This document shows, piece after piece, positions 18,586-25,995 of a DNA stretch of 64,000 bases. The notes below the pieces were generated by a model. It was not told the DNA's origin, searched no databases, and saw nothing but the letters and a program-made list of their open reading frames with translations. The first letter of the stretch is position 1; every line of letters starts with the position of its first letter. Source of the stretch: a virus (lineage: Duplodnaviria > Caudoviricetes); IMG/VR virus record IMGVR_UViG_2806310985_000007, positions 1-64,000 of that record; one strand, written 5' to 3'. Made by a program: the position numbers and the translations under genes.

Positions 18586-19050
18586 TTAGATTGGTATAAT
18601 TGCTAACGGATTAAGAACGACGATAGAATCGCAATCCCATCCATACAAACCGAAATACATGTCATCAGCTTTTTGCTCACTATATTCGTCCCCATACCAA
18701 CAAAGCTCGACAGCGTCATAACCTTGTCTAACACATTCTTCAAAATCAATAACAGTATCCCAAAAACTCGATGTGCTGCTTTTAATGGTGGGAAGACAAC
18801 GCAAATCTTTCATATTATGGATAACGGCTACTTTTGCATTATCACACAGTAGAAATTTAAAAGAATTATGCTCATCGCAGTCTCTAAATTCCTCTTGTTC
18901 ACACCACGTTTTCCAACCAAAAGTCGAGTTTTGGCGAGAAGCCCAAAGACCTCCACGTGGTTTGCTCCAGTTAGCTTCGTTTCTTATCGGAAAGCCTTTT
19001 GAAGAATCAAAAACAGTAGAGCCATAATGAATGTAAACAATTCCTTTCAT
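18586..19050 (-). CDS. Hypothetical protein, possible ADP-ribosyltransferase-like fold
   Basis: YIHYG...KPRGGLWAS...GYDAVE...GWDCDS; the fold assignment is a guess. Confidence 0.7.
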   Translation of the reverse strand: MKGIVYIHYGSTVFDSSKGFPIRNEANWSKPRGGLWASRQNSTFGWKTWCEQEEFRDCDEHNSFKFLLCDNAKVAVIHNMKDLRCLPTIKSSTSSFWDTVIDFEECVRQGYDAVELCWYGDEYSEQKADDMYFGLYGWDCDSIVVLNPLAIIPI

Positions 19051-19066
19051 GTTTTTCTCCTTTCGT

Positions 19067-19387
19067 TCATCTCATAGCTCTCAGTAAATCCAGGATATCT
19101 ACAGCCATGTTGCCGGCCGATTTAAATATTTGGCTTGTTCTCGGATTTACTTTTGAATAAGCAAACATCTTCACCATGAATTTGTGGGCGAGTTCACAGA
19201 ATTCATCGATTGATCCCGATGTTCTCGGATATATTTTTTCGGCGATAAAATCTCTGAGCTCGTCGACAGCCCATTGTGAATAACTGCTTTTCTTGAATTC
19301 CTCTGTCCATTTTCCGAACAACGGAGGCATCCAAGCATCCATGTGATACATGTCGTACAAAATTAGTTCAAGGTGATCGATGCTCAT
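19067..19387 (-). CDS. Phage hypothetical protein (SYSQWA family, copy A)
   Basis: AAAGGAG RBS before MSIDHL; FKKSSYSQWAVDEL. Confidence 0.75.
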   Translation of the reverse strand: MSIDHLELILYDMYHMDAWMPPLFGKWTEEFKKSSYSQWAVDELRDFIAEKIYPRTSGSIDEFCELAHKFMVKMFAYSKVNPRTSQIFKSAGNMAVDILDLLRAMR

Positions 19388-19404
19388 TGTCTTCTCCTTT
19401 CGTG

Positions 19405-19491
19405 AAAAAATTGAAAGAGAAAGATGTAAGCCAAGCATAAACTTACTATTATGGCAACCTCAACTATCCTAATCAGTTACTCTCTTTCCCT
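19405..19491 (-). ncRNA. Candidate small RNA (ORF-less cassette)
   Basis: Directly after motif copy 3; 5' GAGGGAAAGA..GTAA pairs with 3' TTAC..TCTTTCTCTT, followed by a U-tract. Confidence 0.4.
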
Positions 19492-19516
19492 CATAATAAG
19501 CGTTGTAATTTTCGCG
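19492..19516 (-). promoter_or_regulatory. 25-bp cassette-head motif, copy 3
   Basis: CGCGAAAATTACAACGCTTATTATG. Confidence 0.75.
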
Positions 19517-19520
19517 CGGC

Positions 19521-19550
19521 AAAAGAAAAGAGCCGTTGCTAGCGGCCCTT
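19521..19550 (-). terminator. Terminator with CTAGCAA loop
   Basis: AAGGGCCG-CTAGCAA-CGGCTCTT then TTCTTTT. Confidence 0.75.
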
Positions 19551-19554
19551 CTCC

Positions 19555-19770
19555 TTACAAACCAATGCTCTTTAAAATTTTCATAAGTTCGTCTTTTTCG
19601 AGTTCAGCATCTACATCCAGATGGACATGTGTCTTTCCGTCGATAACCGTTGCGTTCACCTCATTAAGTTTGAGTTCTACATCATACCCAAACTTCTTTC
19701 GGATTAGCATAGCTATCAACTTCGACAGAATACCCGTCGTGAATTTCGACCCTATTTTCATTTCGTCCAT
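19555..19770 (-). CDS. Cassette ORF: 71-aa hypothetical protein
   Basis: AAGGAG RBS; MDEMKIGSKF...HVHLDVDAE. Confidence 0.75.
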   Translation of the reverse strand: MDEMKIGSKFTTGILSKLIAMLIRKKFGYDVELKLNEVNATVIDGKTHVHLDVDAELEKDELMKILKSIGL

Positions 19771-19805
19771 ACTCCTTTTACTCCCTTCAAATATCCATTG
19801 ATTTC

Positions 19806-19830
19806 CGTAAAAGAAGATGCGATTTTTGCG
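19806..19830 (-). promoter_or_regulatory. 25-bp cassette-head motif, copy 4
   Basis: CGCAAAAATCGCATCTTCTTTTACG. Confidence 0.7.
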
Positions 19831-19833
19831 AAC

Positions 19834-20193
19834 TTAAATCTCCCGTCTGTCAAAGACTGTTTCCCATCGCTCCCGTTTGATAGGTTTCATTTTCAGCGCC
19901 CACATAATTTGACGGACAGTAACGGTGGGGTAGAGGCCGTCCGTACAAGTTCCGGAACGGGCGTCAAAGTATTCCCGAAAATCGGGGTGCAAATATAAAG
20001 CGTCGGTAATCCATGGATCAACCTCGCTCCACCATGTACTCTTGGTTTCTTCATCAAACCTTTGCTGTATCACAGCCAGTCCTTTTTCACCAATTTTGTA
20101 TAGTGTACAACTGTTGTAAACGGGATGATCGCAAATATAACGGTTGCCGTACATAGACAGATAGATTTCCGGTTTATCAAAATGGTATCTCAT
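19834..20193 (-). CDS. Phage hypothetical protein
   Basis: MRYHFDKP...CDHPVY..CTLY...GLAVIQQRF. Confidence 0.75.
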   Translation of the reverse strand: MRYHFDKPEIYLSMYGNRYICDHPVYNSCTLYKIGEKGLAVIQQRFDEETKSTWWSEVDPWITDALYLHPDFREYFDARSGTCTDGLYPTVTVRQIMWALKMKPIKRERWETVFDRREI

Positions 20194-20202
20194 ATACACC
20201 AC

Positions 20203-20246
20203 CAAAAAGAAAAGAGAAAGAGCCCTCGTCAGGACCCTCTCCCTTT
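20203..20246 (-). terminator. Terminator with CTGACGA loop
   Basis: GAGAGGGTCC-TGACGA-GGGCTCTTTC then TCTTTTCTTTTT. Confidence 0.7.
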
Positions 20247-20261
20247 TGCTAATAATCTTAT

Positions 20262-20489
20262 TTAGTCTTCGTCAAATTCTCCGCAAACTTCTTCTCTGGT
20301 AGGATACAGAGCTTCATATTCCTCATCATCTTCCATTCCATACTGTTCCAATTCTACGGAATGGCCGCATTCGAGGCATACTAATATATCTTCCCATTCA
20401 TCCTCGAACTGCATTCTTGCTCCGCATTTACTGCAAATATACCTGCCAGTAAGTAATGCGTCCTTTTGCGCGTCGTTAAAAAAGCTCAT
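20262..20489 (-). CDS. Cassette ORF: acidic Zn-ribbon protein
   Basis: CSKCG...CLECG; GGAGG RBS. Confidence 0.8.
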   Translation of the reverse strand: MSFFNDAQKDALLTGRYICSKCGARMQFEDEWEDILVCLECGHSVELEQYGMEDDEEYEALYPTREEVCGEFDED

Positions 20490-20525
20490 TGCAAATTACC
20501 TCCTTGATACCGTGTGGCAATTCTA

Positions 20526-20553
20526 AGTATAACCGCCACCTTTGAATTATCAA
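20526..20553 (-). promoter_or_regulatory. Possible sigma-A promoter of the Zn-ribbon gene
   Basis: TTGATA-16-TATACT. Confidence 0.45.
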
Positions 20554-20579
20554 GAGATAAAAAGCACTTTTACATCTCT

Positions 20580-20604
20580 CATAATAGCAGATGCGATTTT
20601 AACG
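20580..20604 (-). promoter_or_regulatory. 25-bp cassette-head motif, copy 5
   Basis: CGTTAAAATCGCATCTGCTATTATG. Confidence 0.7.
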
Positions 20605-20658
20605 GAGAAAAACGAAGAGGCCGTGTAATATCCACGAACTCCTCGTTTCGGAATCATT

Positions 20659-21051
20659 TTACTTCTTGGTTGGTTTAAAACGGCTAAACAAACCTCTGAA
20701 TGTCGTAGAGGTATACGTTCCTTTCTCTTCGAACTTGAATCCCTTTCGCATCCAGAATGCGTAGAACATTAACGGCAGCACAAGCTCGGCGGCTGCAATA
20801 CCAATTTTGACATACCGATCTTTAACATTCTCTTCAATCTGAGCAACCTTAAAGCCCTTATCGCTTTCACGATTCTGAGTTTTATCCAGATACTCCATTG
20901 AAGTTTTGTCTTCGTCGAGCTTCACCTTGTAAAGTTTCGCTAAGCTTTCCACTGCTATAGAGTGTTTTTCACTTCCTGGATCGAGGGAGGCCAAGTTTTC
21001 GATTTCGTTCTTGATTTCCTCTTCCAACAATTTTTTAATTTCTTCGCCCAT
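20659..21051 (-). CDS. Cassette ORF: coiled-coil protein with C-terminal TM
   Basis: AAAGGAG RBS before MGEEIK; KGFKFEEKGT tail; hairpin at ~20605-20650 downstream. Confidence 0.75.
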   Translation of the reverse strand: MGEEIKKLLEEEIKNEIENLASLDPGSEKHSIAVESLAKLYKVKLDEDKTSMEYLDKTQNRESDKGFKVAQIEENVKDRYVKIGIAAAELVLPLMFYAFWMRKGFKFEEKGTYTSTTFRGLFSRFKPTKK

Positions 21052-21081
21052 TTTGCATTTCTCCTTTCGTTTACTGGGTTC

Positions 21082-21106
21082 CATAAAAGGAAGTGTTATT
21101 TGTGCG
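21082..21106 (-). promoter_or_regulatory. 25-bp cassette-head motif, copy 6 (overlaps upstream stop codon)
   Basis: CGCACAAATAACACTTCCTTTTATG. Confidence 0.7.
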
Positions 21107-21314
21107 GAATGAAGTCTTTAGCCCTGACTCTCAGCAAGACATACTTCTTTGAAATTACTGCTTCAACCCGCTTTGATAGTTCCAAAAATAAAAAAGGACC
21201 ATCCGGATCTGAATTGTCAACTCGAAGTGTTCCGACTGAGAAAAGCCGAAATACGATACCCGTAAAAATGGCACCTACCAAAACGCCGAGAACAAAGATG
21301 ATTACCAAGTTCAT
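21096..21314 (-). CDS. Small membrane protein
   Basis: GGAGG RBS; TM helix then GTLRVD.SDPDGPFLFLEL. Confidence 0.75.
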   Translation of the reverse strand: MNLVIIFVLGVLVGAIFTGIVFRLFSVGTLRVDNSDPDGPFLFLELSKRVEAVISKKYVLLRVRAKDFIPHK

Positions 21315-21423
21315 GCGCATCCTCCTTTTAAAATGTTTTTTCGAATTTTCAACCCGGGGAATTTTTCAGATATCAATTTAACATGTTTTTCCGTCACCTG
21401 CGTACTGAATTTTAATCTAGGAT

Positions 21424-21451
21424 AAAAAGAAAGAGCCGTTGTTAGCGGCTC
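21424..21451 (-). terminator. Terminator with CTAACAA loop
   Basis: GAGCCG-CTAACAA-CGGCTC then TTTCTTTTT. Confidence 0.75.
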
Positions 21452-21460
21452 AGTCTTTTG

Positions 21461-21745
21461 TTAGGACTTGTGTAATATGTCGATGTAAATTCTTTCTCCG
21501 AGTTTCTTGTCATAGATAATAGATATTTCGAGTTCTCCATCTCGTTCCCATATCCAGTAAGTATTATCATTATATGGATTCCATTTTAAGCCGAACAGCT
21601 CATATATCTTATTCAGATAAATGTAGCCATAAGCCCTGTAACAATCCATGATGTATATTACCTTGGATTTAGTAAAAAGTTTGTTAAACTCAAAATCCTT
21701 TTCCCATGACGAACTGCTTTTGTCAAATGTAATTTTAATGTGCAT
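21461..21745 (-). CDS. Cassette ORF: stand-alone DUF6353-like C-terminal domain; separated from its motif by IS110
   Basis: FDKSSSSWEKD..FN.LF...GYIYLNKIYE.FGL resembles FDSKSRNYE...YN.MF...GHLFLNEVL.L.L in paralog 1. Confidence 0.7.
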   Translation of the reverse strand: MHIKITFDKSSSSWEKDFEFNKLFTKSKVIYIMDCYRAYGYIYLNKIYELFGLKWNPYNDNTYWIWERDGELEISIIYDKKLGERIYIDILHKS

Positions 21746-21771
21746 ATTTTTACACTCCTATTACAATAAAT

Positions 21772-21990
21772 TTGGACAGGAAAGCCGGACAGCCAGTCCG
21801 GCTTTCCCTCCATCTCGTGCCTAAGCTACAATGAGAGGAGCAACTGGCTGACCAATCACTCCTTGGGCTTGTATGTCCGTGTGAAAGACTGTTAGCCATC
21901 CTCTCGTTGCAGCGTTCGATTTAAGCAGGTTGAACCACCGGATGTCGGAGAGTTCGTGTCACACAATAGATTGAATCGGCAGCGAGAAAA
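21772..21990 (+). ncRNA. IS110 bridge RNA (5' hairpin, target-binding loop, donor-binding loop)
   Basis: Hairpin ~21779-21808; target guides CACTCCT 21857-63 and TGTGAAAG 21880-87; donor guides AGCAGGT 21924-30 and AATAG 21965-69; ends approximate. Confidence 0.8.
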
Positions 21991-22032
21991 GATGGATTCC
22001 GGTTGCAGATTCTTTGTATTGGAGGAATGTGA

Positions 22033-23241
22033 ATGAACTGCGTTGGCATCGATGTTTCCAAGGGTAAGAGCATGATTGCAGTCATGCGGCCCTTCGGAGA
22101 GGTAGTGGTTTCACCCTTTGAAGTACGTCACACCGCCAATGAACTGAGCGAGCTGGCAGGACTGCTCAAAAGCCTGGACGGCGAGACCCGTGTGGTGATG
22201 GAATCCACGGGTAATTACCATGCTCCGGTGGCCTGGCTGCTCCACGACGCGGGCCTTTATGTCTCGGTAGTCAATGCAATGCTGGTGCATGACTACGGAA
22301 ACAACAGTTTAAGACGGGCCAAAACCGACAAAAAGGATGCCGTAAAGCTGGCCAACTACGGTCTTGACCACTGGCTCACATTGCCGAGATATATCCCGGA
22401 GGAGGATACCCGACTCATGCTGAAAATCTGCTACCGGCAGTACCAACAGTATTCCAAAGTTCAGACCATGCTGAAGAATAACCTGATCTCCCTGCTGGAC
22501 ACCACCTTCCCAGACGCAAATCGCTTGTTTACCAGTCCGCCCCGCGCCGATGGCAGCGAGAAGTGGGTGGACTTTGTCGCTACTTTTTGGCATTGCGAGT
22601 GCGTTTGTGGCCGGTCTGAGAAGGCCTTTACTACCCAATACCAGAAGTGGTGCAGAAAGCACGGCTACAATTTCAGCGAGGATAAGGCGCTGGATATTTA
22701 TGCCTCTGCTTGCAGACACTTCGGTGTCATACCGAAAACGGATACGGCAAAACTTTTGGTAGAACAGGCCATTTCTCAACTCCAGACAACTTCTTCCGCG
22801 TTAGCTGCTCTCAAACAGGAGATGCAATCCCTGGCAGCTTCTCTGCCGGAGTATCCTGTAGTGATGGGGATGTTTGGTGTTGGCCCAACCCTCGGCCCTC
22901 AACTCCTGGCTGAAATTGGCGATGTACGCCGTTTTCATTCCAAAAAAGCGTTGGTTGCCTTTGCGGGTATTGACGCCCCGCCCTACCAATCCGGTCAAAT
23001 AGATGTCCGTAGCCGTAGCATTTCCAAGCGAGGATCTGCCTCACTGCGCAGGACGCTCTTTCTGGTGATGAGCGTCATCCTGCAATGTGCTCCAATAGAC
23101 GAGCCGGTGTACCAGTTCATGGACAAGAAACGCTCTGAAGGCAAGCCATATCGTGTCTACATGATGGCCTCTGCCAACAAGTTCCTGCGCATCTACTACG
23201 CTTCTGTGAAAGCCTACTTGGAATCCCTGGAGCACGACTGA
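22033..23241 (+). CDS. IS110-family DEDD recombinase/transposase
   Basis: GIDVSK, MESTG, KTDKKDA (DEDD) and YQSG in the C-terminal domain; GGAGG RBS. Confidence 0.95.
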   Translation: MNCVGIDVSKGKSMIAVMRPFGEVVVSPFEVRHTANELSELAGLLKSLDGETRVVMESTGNYHAPVAWLLHDAGLYVSVVNAMLVHDYGNNSLRRAKTDKKDAVKLANYGLDHWLTLPRYIPEEDTRLMLKICYRQYQQYSKVQTMLKNNLISLLDTTFPDANRLFTSPPRADGSEKWVDFVATFWHCECVCGRSEKAFTTQYQKWCRKHGYNFSEDKALDIYASACRHFGVIPKTDTAKLLVEQAISQLQTTSSALAALKQEMQSLAASLPEYPVVMGMFGVGPTLGPQLLAEIGDVRRFHSKKALVAFAGIDAPPYQSGQIDVRSRSISKRGSASLRRTLFLVMSVILQCAPIDEPVYQFMDKKRSEGKPYRVYMMASANKFLRIYYASVKAYLESLEHD

Positions 23242-23372
23242 TTTTTACACTCTATACCATCTGGCTGGCCGCCGTTTTAATTTTGAGATGCTCAGCGGCT
23301 TGATTTTGTATTGCATTTTTTCGCCTCCCTAAAAATCTGAAATTTCTACTTGACTTTTATTAGCAGGTCTTT

Positions 23373-23397
23373 CATAAAGGAGCTTGTTATTCTTGCG
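23373..23397 (-). promoter_or_regulatory. 25-bp cassette-head motif, copy 7
   Basis: CGCAAGAATAACAAGCTCCTTTATG, 2 bp from the IS110 right core. Confidence 0.7.
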
Positions 23398-23590
23398 AAC
23401 TCTCATAAACGATTTTCTTCCGCAAATCCGACCACGAAATATAACGGTCTTTGCGACACACTGGACAATAAAACTTATTGACCTTGCCTCCAATGTCTAT
23501 AATCTCATTGCTATCCGCTTCCAGTCTGCTCTGACAATTCGGGCAGTTGAAGCGATAGACCTTCTTAACAGCCACGTCTACAATCTTCAC
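23387..23590 (-). CDS. Small Zn-ribbon protein
   Basis: CPNC...CPVC. Confidence 0.75.
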   Translation of the reverse strand: MKIVDVAVKKVYRFNCPNCQSRLEADSNEIIDIGGKVNKFYCPVCRKDRYISWSDLRKKIVYESSQE

Positions 23591-23594
23591 GCCA

Positions 23595-24014
23595 TCACCC
23601 TCTTTCTTGGCTGAGCAGCCAGAAGAACCGTCTGTACAAGCTGTAATAAGTATCCTTGCAGCATGGGATGGAAAATTTAATCCTCATGTAATCATAGGAA
23701 ACTTCTTCCGTCACACCTTTCAAAATATAACAGGAAAGTTCCTCGTCTGTTTCTTTGGCCATTCGCTCGATCATGTCCATTCGATTCGAGTAAAATAACC
23801 TTGCCATCGCACATTTAGCAATCGGATCGCTGACATTATTTGTCCTGCTCGGCGGTATCAATTTGGGCCAACTACTCGGAAACCCATCCAGCATGGCATA
23901 CGATTTTCTCCATATCGGATACTGTAGACAGAAATGCTTTAGCTCGTAATAGCGATGTTTTTCAATCCAGTATTGGTTCTTCTCGGATATTTCCGGTCTT
24001 ATCGTTGTGCTCAT
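23595..24014 (-). CDS. RinA/ArpU-like phage transcriptional regulator
   Basis: YYELKHFCLQY..W; C-terminal HTH-like VSYDY...YY..YRRFFWLL. Confidence 0.65.
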   Translation of the reverse strand: MSTTIRPEISEKNQYWIEKHRYYELKHFCLQYPIWRKSYAMLDGFPSSWPKLIPPSRTNNVSDPIAKCAMARLFYSNRMDMIERMAKETDEELSCYILKGVTEEVSYDYMRIKFSIPCCKDTYYSLYRRFFWLLSQERG

Positions 24015-24262
24015 ACCCGTTCACCTCGCCAGACATAACCTGTTTCCTGCCACAGTAACTTTGGAGAGATGTAAAAGTTGATTCGTCCATACCTCGAATT
24101 CATCTCTTCCAGATTGGTGATAAGTTTTCCGTTCCTGGTTGCTTTACCGATGGGTAGCCATCCCGATATAATGCCGGCTCGAATCCATGAAGCGTCTTTC
24201 CCATAAACTCTCGCTGCTACGGCTACCGGTACTGAGCCAGATGCAAATATAACTTCATCCAT
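24011..24262 (-). CDS. Excisionase/HTH-like DNA-binding protein
   Basis: VPVAVAARVYGKDASWIRAG...FYISPK; near the integrase. Confidence 0.6.
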   Translation of the reverse strand: MDEVIFASGSVPVAVAARVYGKDASWIRAGIISGWLPIGKATRNGKLITNLEEMNSRYGRINFYISPKLLWQETGYVWRGERV

Positions 24263-24285
24263 TGGCTTTTGCCTCCTTTCAACTG

Positions 24286-24624
24286 CTATTCTAGGTTAGA
24301 AACAGCTTTTAGTGAAAACAACTCAGGTGGAGACAGCCGCCATCGAATCATTGTCATTTCGCAAGGATAATCTTCAAAACCAAGCATTTCGCAAGTAATA
24401 AGTCCTTCCAAAACACCGATGATGATTTCCGCTTCATATTGTTTGTATGGAAATATAAAGTCCGGAAGTTCCCGATGCATAGCGCTGCATTTTTGGCATC
24501 GGAATCTTCGAATATCCACTTTGTTTTTGACGCCGTATTTTGTCCGTACGATTCTTTTCACGCTGTCGTAATATTTCAACTGTCCGCCGCACTTGGGGCA
24601 GGTTGATTTGCTGTCATTAATCAT
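24286..24624 (-). CDS. Zn-ribbon protein (DUF6431-like)
   Basis: CPKCG...RFRCQKC..HRELPDFIFPYKQY. Confidence 0.7.
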   Translation of the reverse strand: MINDSKSTCPKCGGQLKYYDSVKRIVRTKYGVKNKVDIRRFRCQKCSAMHRELPDFIFPYKQYEAEIIIGVLEGLITCEMLGFEDYPCEMTMIRWRLSPPELFSLKAVSNLE

Positions 24625-24665
24625 GTCTCATCTTTTCCTCCGATCACAGCAAGAAAAGTTGTATG

Positions 24666-24701
24666 TAGGAGTTGACAATTCCTATACTTATGATATATGA
24701 T
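24666..24701 (+). promoter_or_regulatory. Integrase promoter with overlapping inverted repeat
   Basis: TTGACA (24672)-18-TATGAT; TAGGAGTTG-A-CAATTCCTA dyad spans the -35. Confidence 0.6.
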
Positions 24702-24734
24702 TACTAATAGCAAATCAATGGAAAGGTGGTCTCT

Positions 24735-25976
24735 ATGCTTATAAAATGTCCGGAGTGCGAATTGCAAGTAAGTGACAAAGCTGTTTCCTGTCCGCATTGC
24801 GGATATCCGATGCAGCCAAGCGCCAAATCAAGAAAACCTCGAAATAAAAACAACAAACGGCGTCGTTTACCAAACGGATTCGGACAGATCAGCGAGATTA
24901 AAAATCGTAATCTTCGCAATCCTTTTAGGGCGATGGTGAGCGTAGGAAAATCAGAAAACGGACGGCCAATATGCAAACCTCTGAAGCCGGAATCCTATTT
25001 TCCTACCTACAATGACGCCTATGCCGCTCTCGTGGAATATAACAAGAACCCATATGATCTTGAGCCGTCTATCACTGTCAAAGAATTGTACGAACGATGG
25101 AAACCGGAATACTTGAAAACTCTGAAAAACGAAGCGAGCGGCAGAGCTGTGGAATCGGCTTGGGGGTATTGTTCATCCGTATACGGCATGAGAGTAATTG
25201 ATGTCAGGGCACGTCATATAAAAGGCTGCATGGAAGAAGGAGTATCTGTAGTACGGGGAAAAGAGCAAACCCCAAGTGCGTCAATGAAGAACAAGATTAA
25301 ATCTCTGTTTAACTTAATGCTTGATTACGCTTTGGAGTATGAATTGGTAGACCGCAACTACTCGAGAACGTTTAATCTAACCGAGGAAACCATCAAAGAA
25401 ATTGTAACGGTAAAGAAAGAACATATACCGTTCACACAAGAAGAGATGGAATTGCTCTGGCAGCATGTAGATGATAAAATGTATGTGGACGTTATCCTGA
25501 TTCAGTGCTATTCCGGATGGAGACCACAGGAAATTGGTTTGCTGGAATTGAAAGATGTGGATCTTGAAAATGGTACATTTAGCGGAGGAATGAAAACAGA
25601 TGCAGGTATCAATCGTGTCGTTCCTATCCATTCAAAAATAAGGCACTTGGTAGAACGGCACTATAAAGAGGCTCAGAACATGGGAAGCATATACCTGTTT
25701 AATTACGCCAATCCAAGCAGCAGGATTAAGAATACGGTCTTGACCTACAATAGATATCAAAAAGCATTTGGGATGATTCGGGATGAACTGAAACTCAATC
25801 CGGAGCATAGACCCCATGACGGGCGCAAGCACTTTGTCACCATGGCTAAAAAATATGGCGTTGATGAATACGCCATCAAGTATATGGTTGGGCATAAGAT
25901 TTCTGATATAACCGAAAAGGTTTATACGCAGAGAGAATTTGAATGGTTGAAGGACGAAATAGAAAAAATAAAATAG
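24735..25976 (+). CDS. Tyrosine integrase with N-terminal Zn-ribbon
   Basis: CPEC/CPHC; SGWRPQE, GMKT, HDGR, VGH...VY catalytic residues. Confidence 0.93.
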   Translation: MLIKCPECELQVSDKAVSCPHCGYPMQPSAKSRKPRNKNNKRRRLPNGFGQISEIKNRNLRNPFRAMVSVGKSENGRPICKPLKPESYFPTYNDAYAALVEYNKNPYDLEPSITVKELYERWKPEYLKTLKNEASGRAVESAWGYCSSVYGMRVIDVRARHIKGCMEEGVSVVRGKEQTPSASMKNKIKSLFNLMLDYALEYELVDRNYSRTFNLTEETIKEIVTVKKEHIPFTQEEMELLWQHVDDKMYVDVILIQCYSGWRPQEIGLLELKDVDLENGTFSGGMKTDAGINRVVPIHSKIRHLVERHYKEAQNMGSIYLFNYANPSSRIKNTVLTYNRYQKAFGMIRDELKLNPEHRPHDGRKHFVTMAKKYGVDEYAIKYMVGHKISDITEKVYTQREFEWLKDEIEKIK

Positions 25977-25991
25977 CTTGTAATTTTTGCC
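25967..25991 (-). promoter_or_regulatory. Degenerate motif copy 8, pointing antisense into the integrase 3' end
   Basis: GGCAAAAATTACAAGCTATTTTATT keeps the AAAWT-RCA-N5-TWTWAT spacing. Confidence 0.55.
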
Positions 25992-25995
25992 TATA

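Larger units (their letters stand above)
21758..23370 (+). mobile_element. IS110-family insertion sequence with CT core at both ends
   Basis: Removing it restores TACACTC-CT-TTCATAAAGG (minus strand: ...TTATGAAAGGAGTG, motif plus RBS); CT at 21758-59 and 23369-70. Confidence 0.9.

Noticed and set aside
21325-21420. AAAAATTCCCCGGGTTGAAAATT dyad and adjacent GGTGAC...TGTTAAAT element
   Set aside because: Looks regulatory but occurs once in the window, so it cannot be supported as a feature.
15811-23397. Motif array as a CRISPR array or integron attC array
   Set aside because: Copies are degenerate and irregularly spaced by hundreds to thousands of bp, with no cas genes. Hairpins are short terminators lacking paired RYYYAAC/GTTRRRY boxes, and I saw no IntI features in the integrase.
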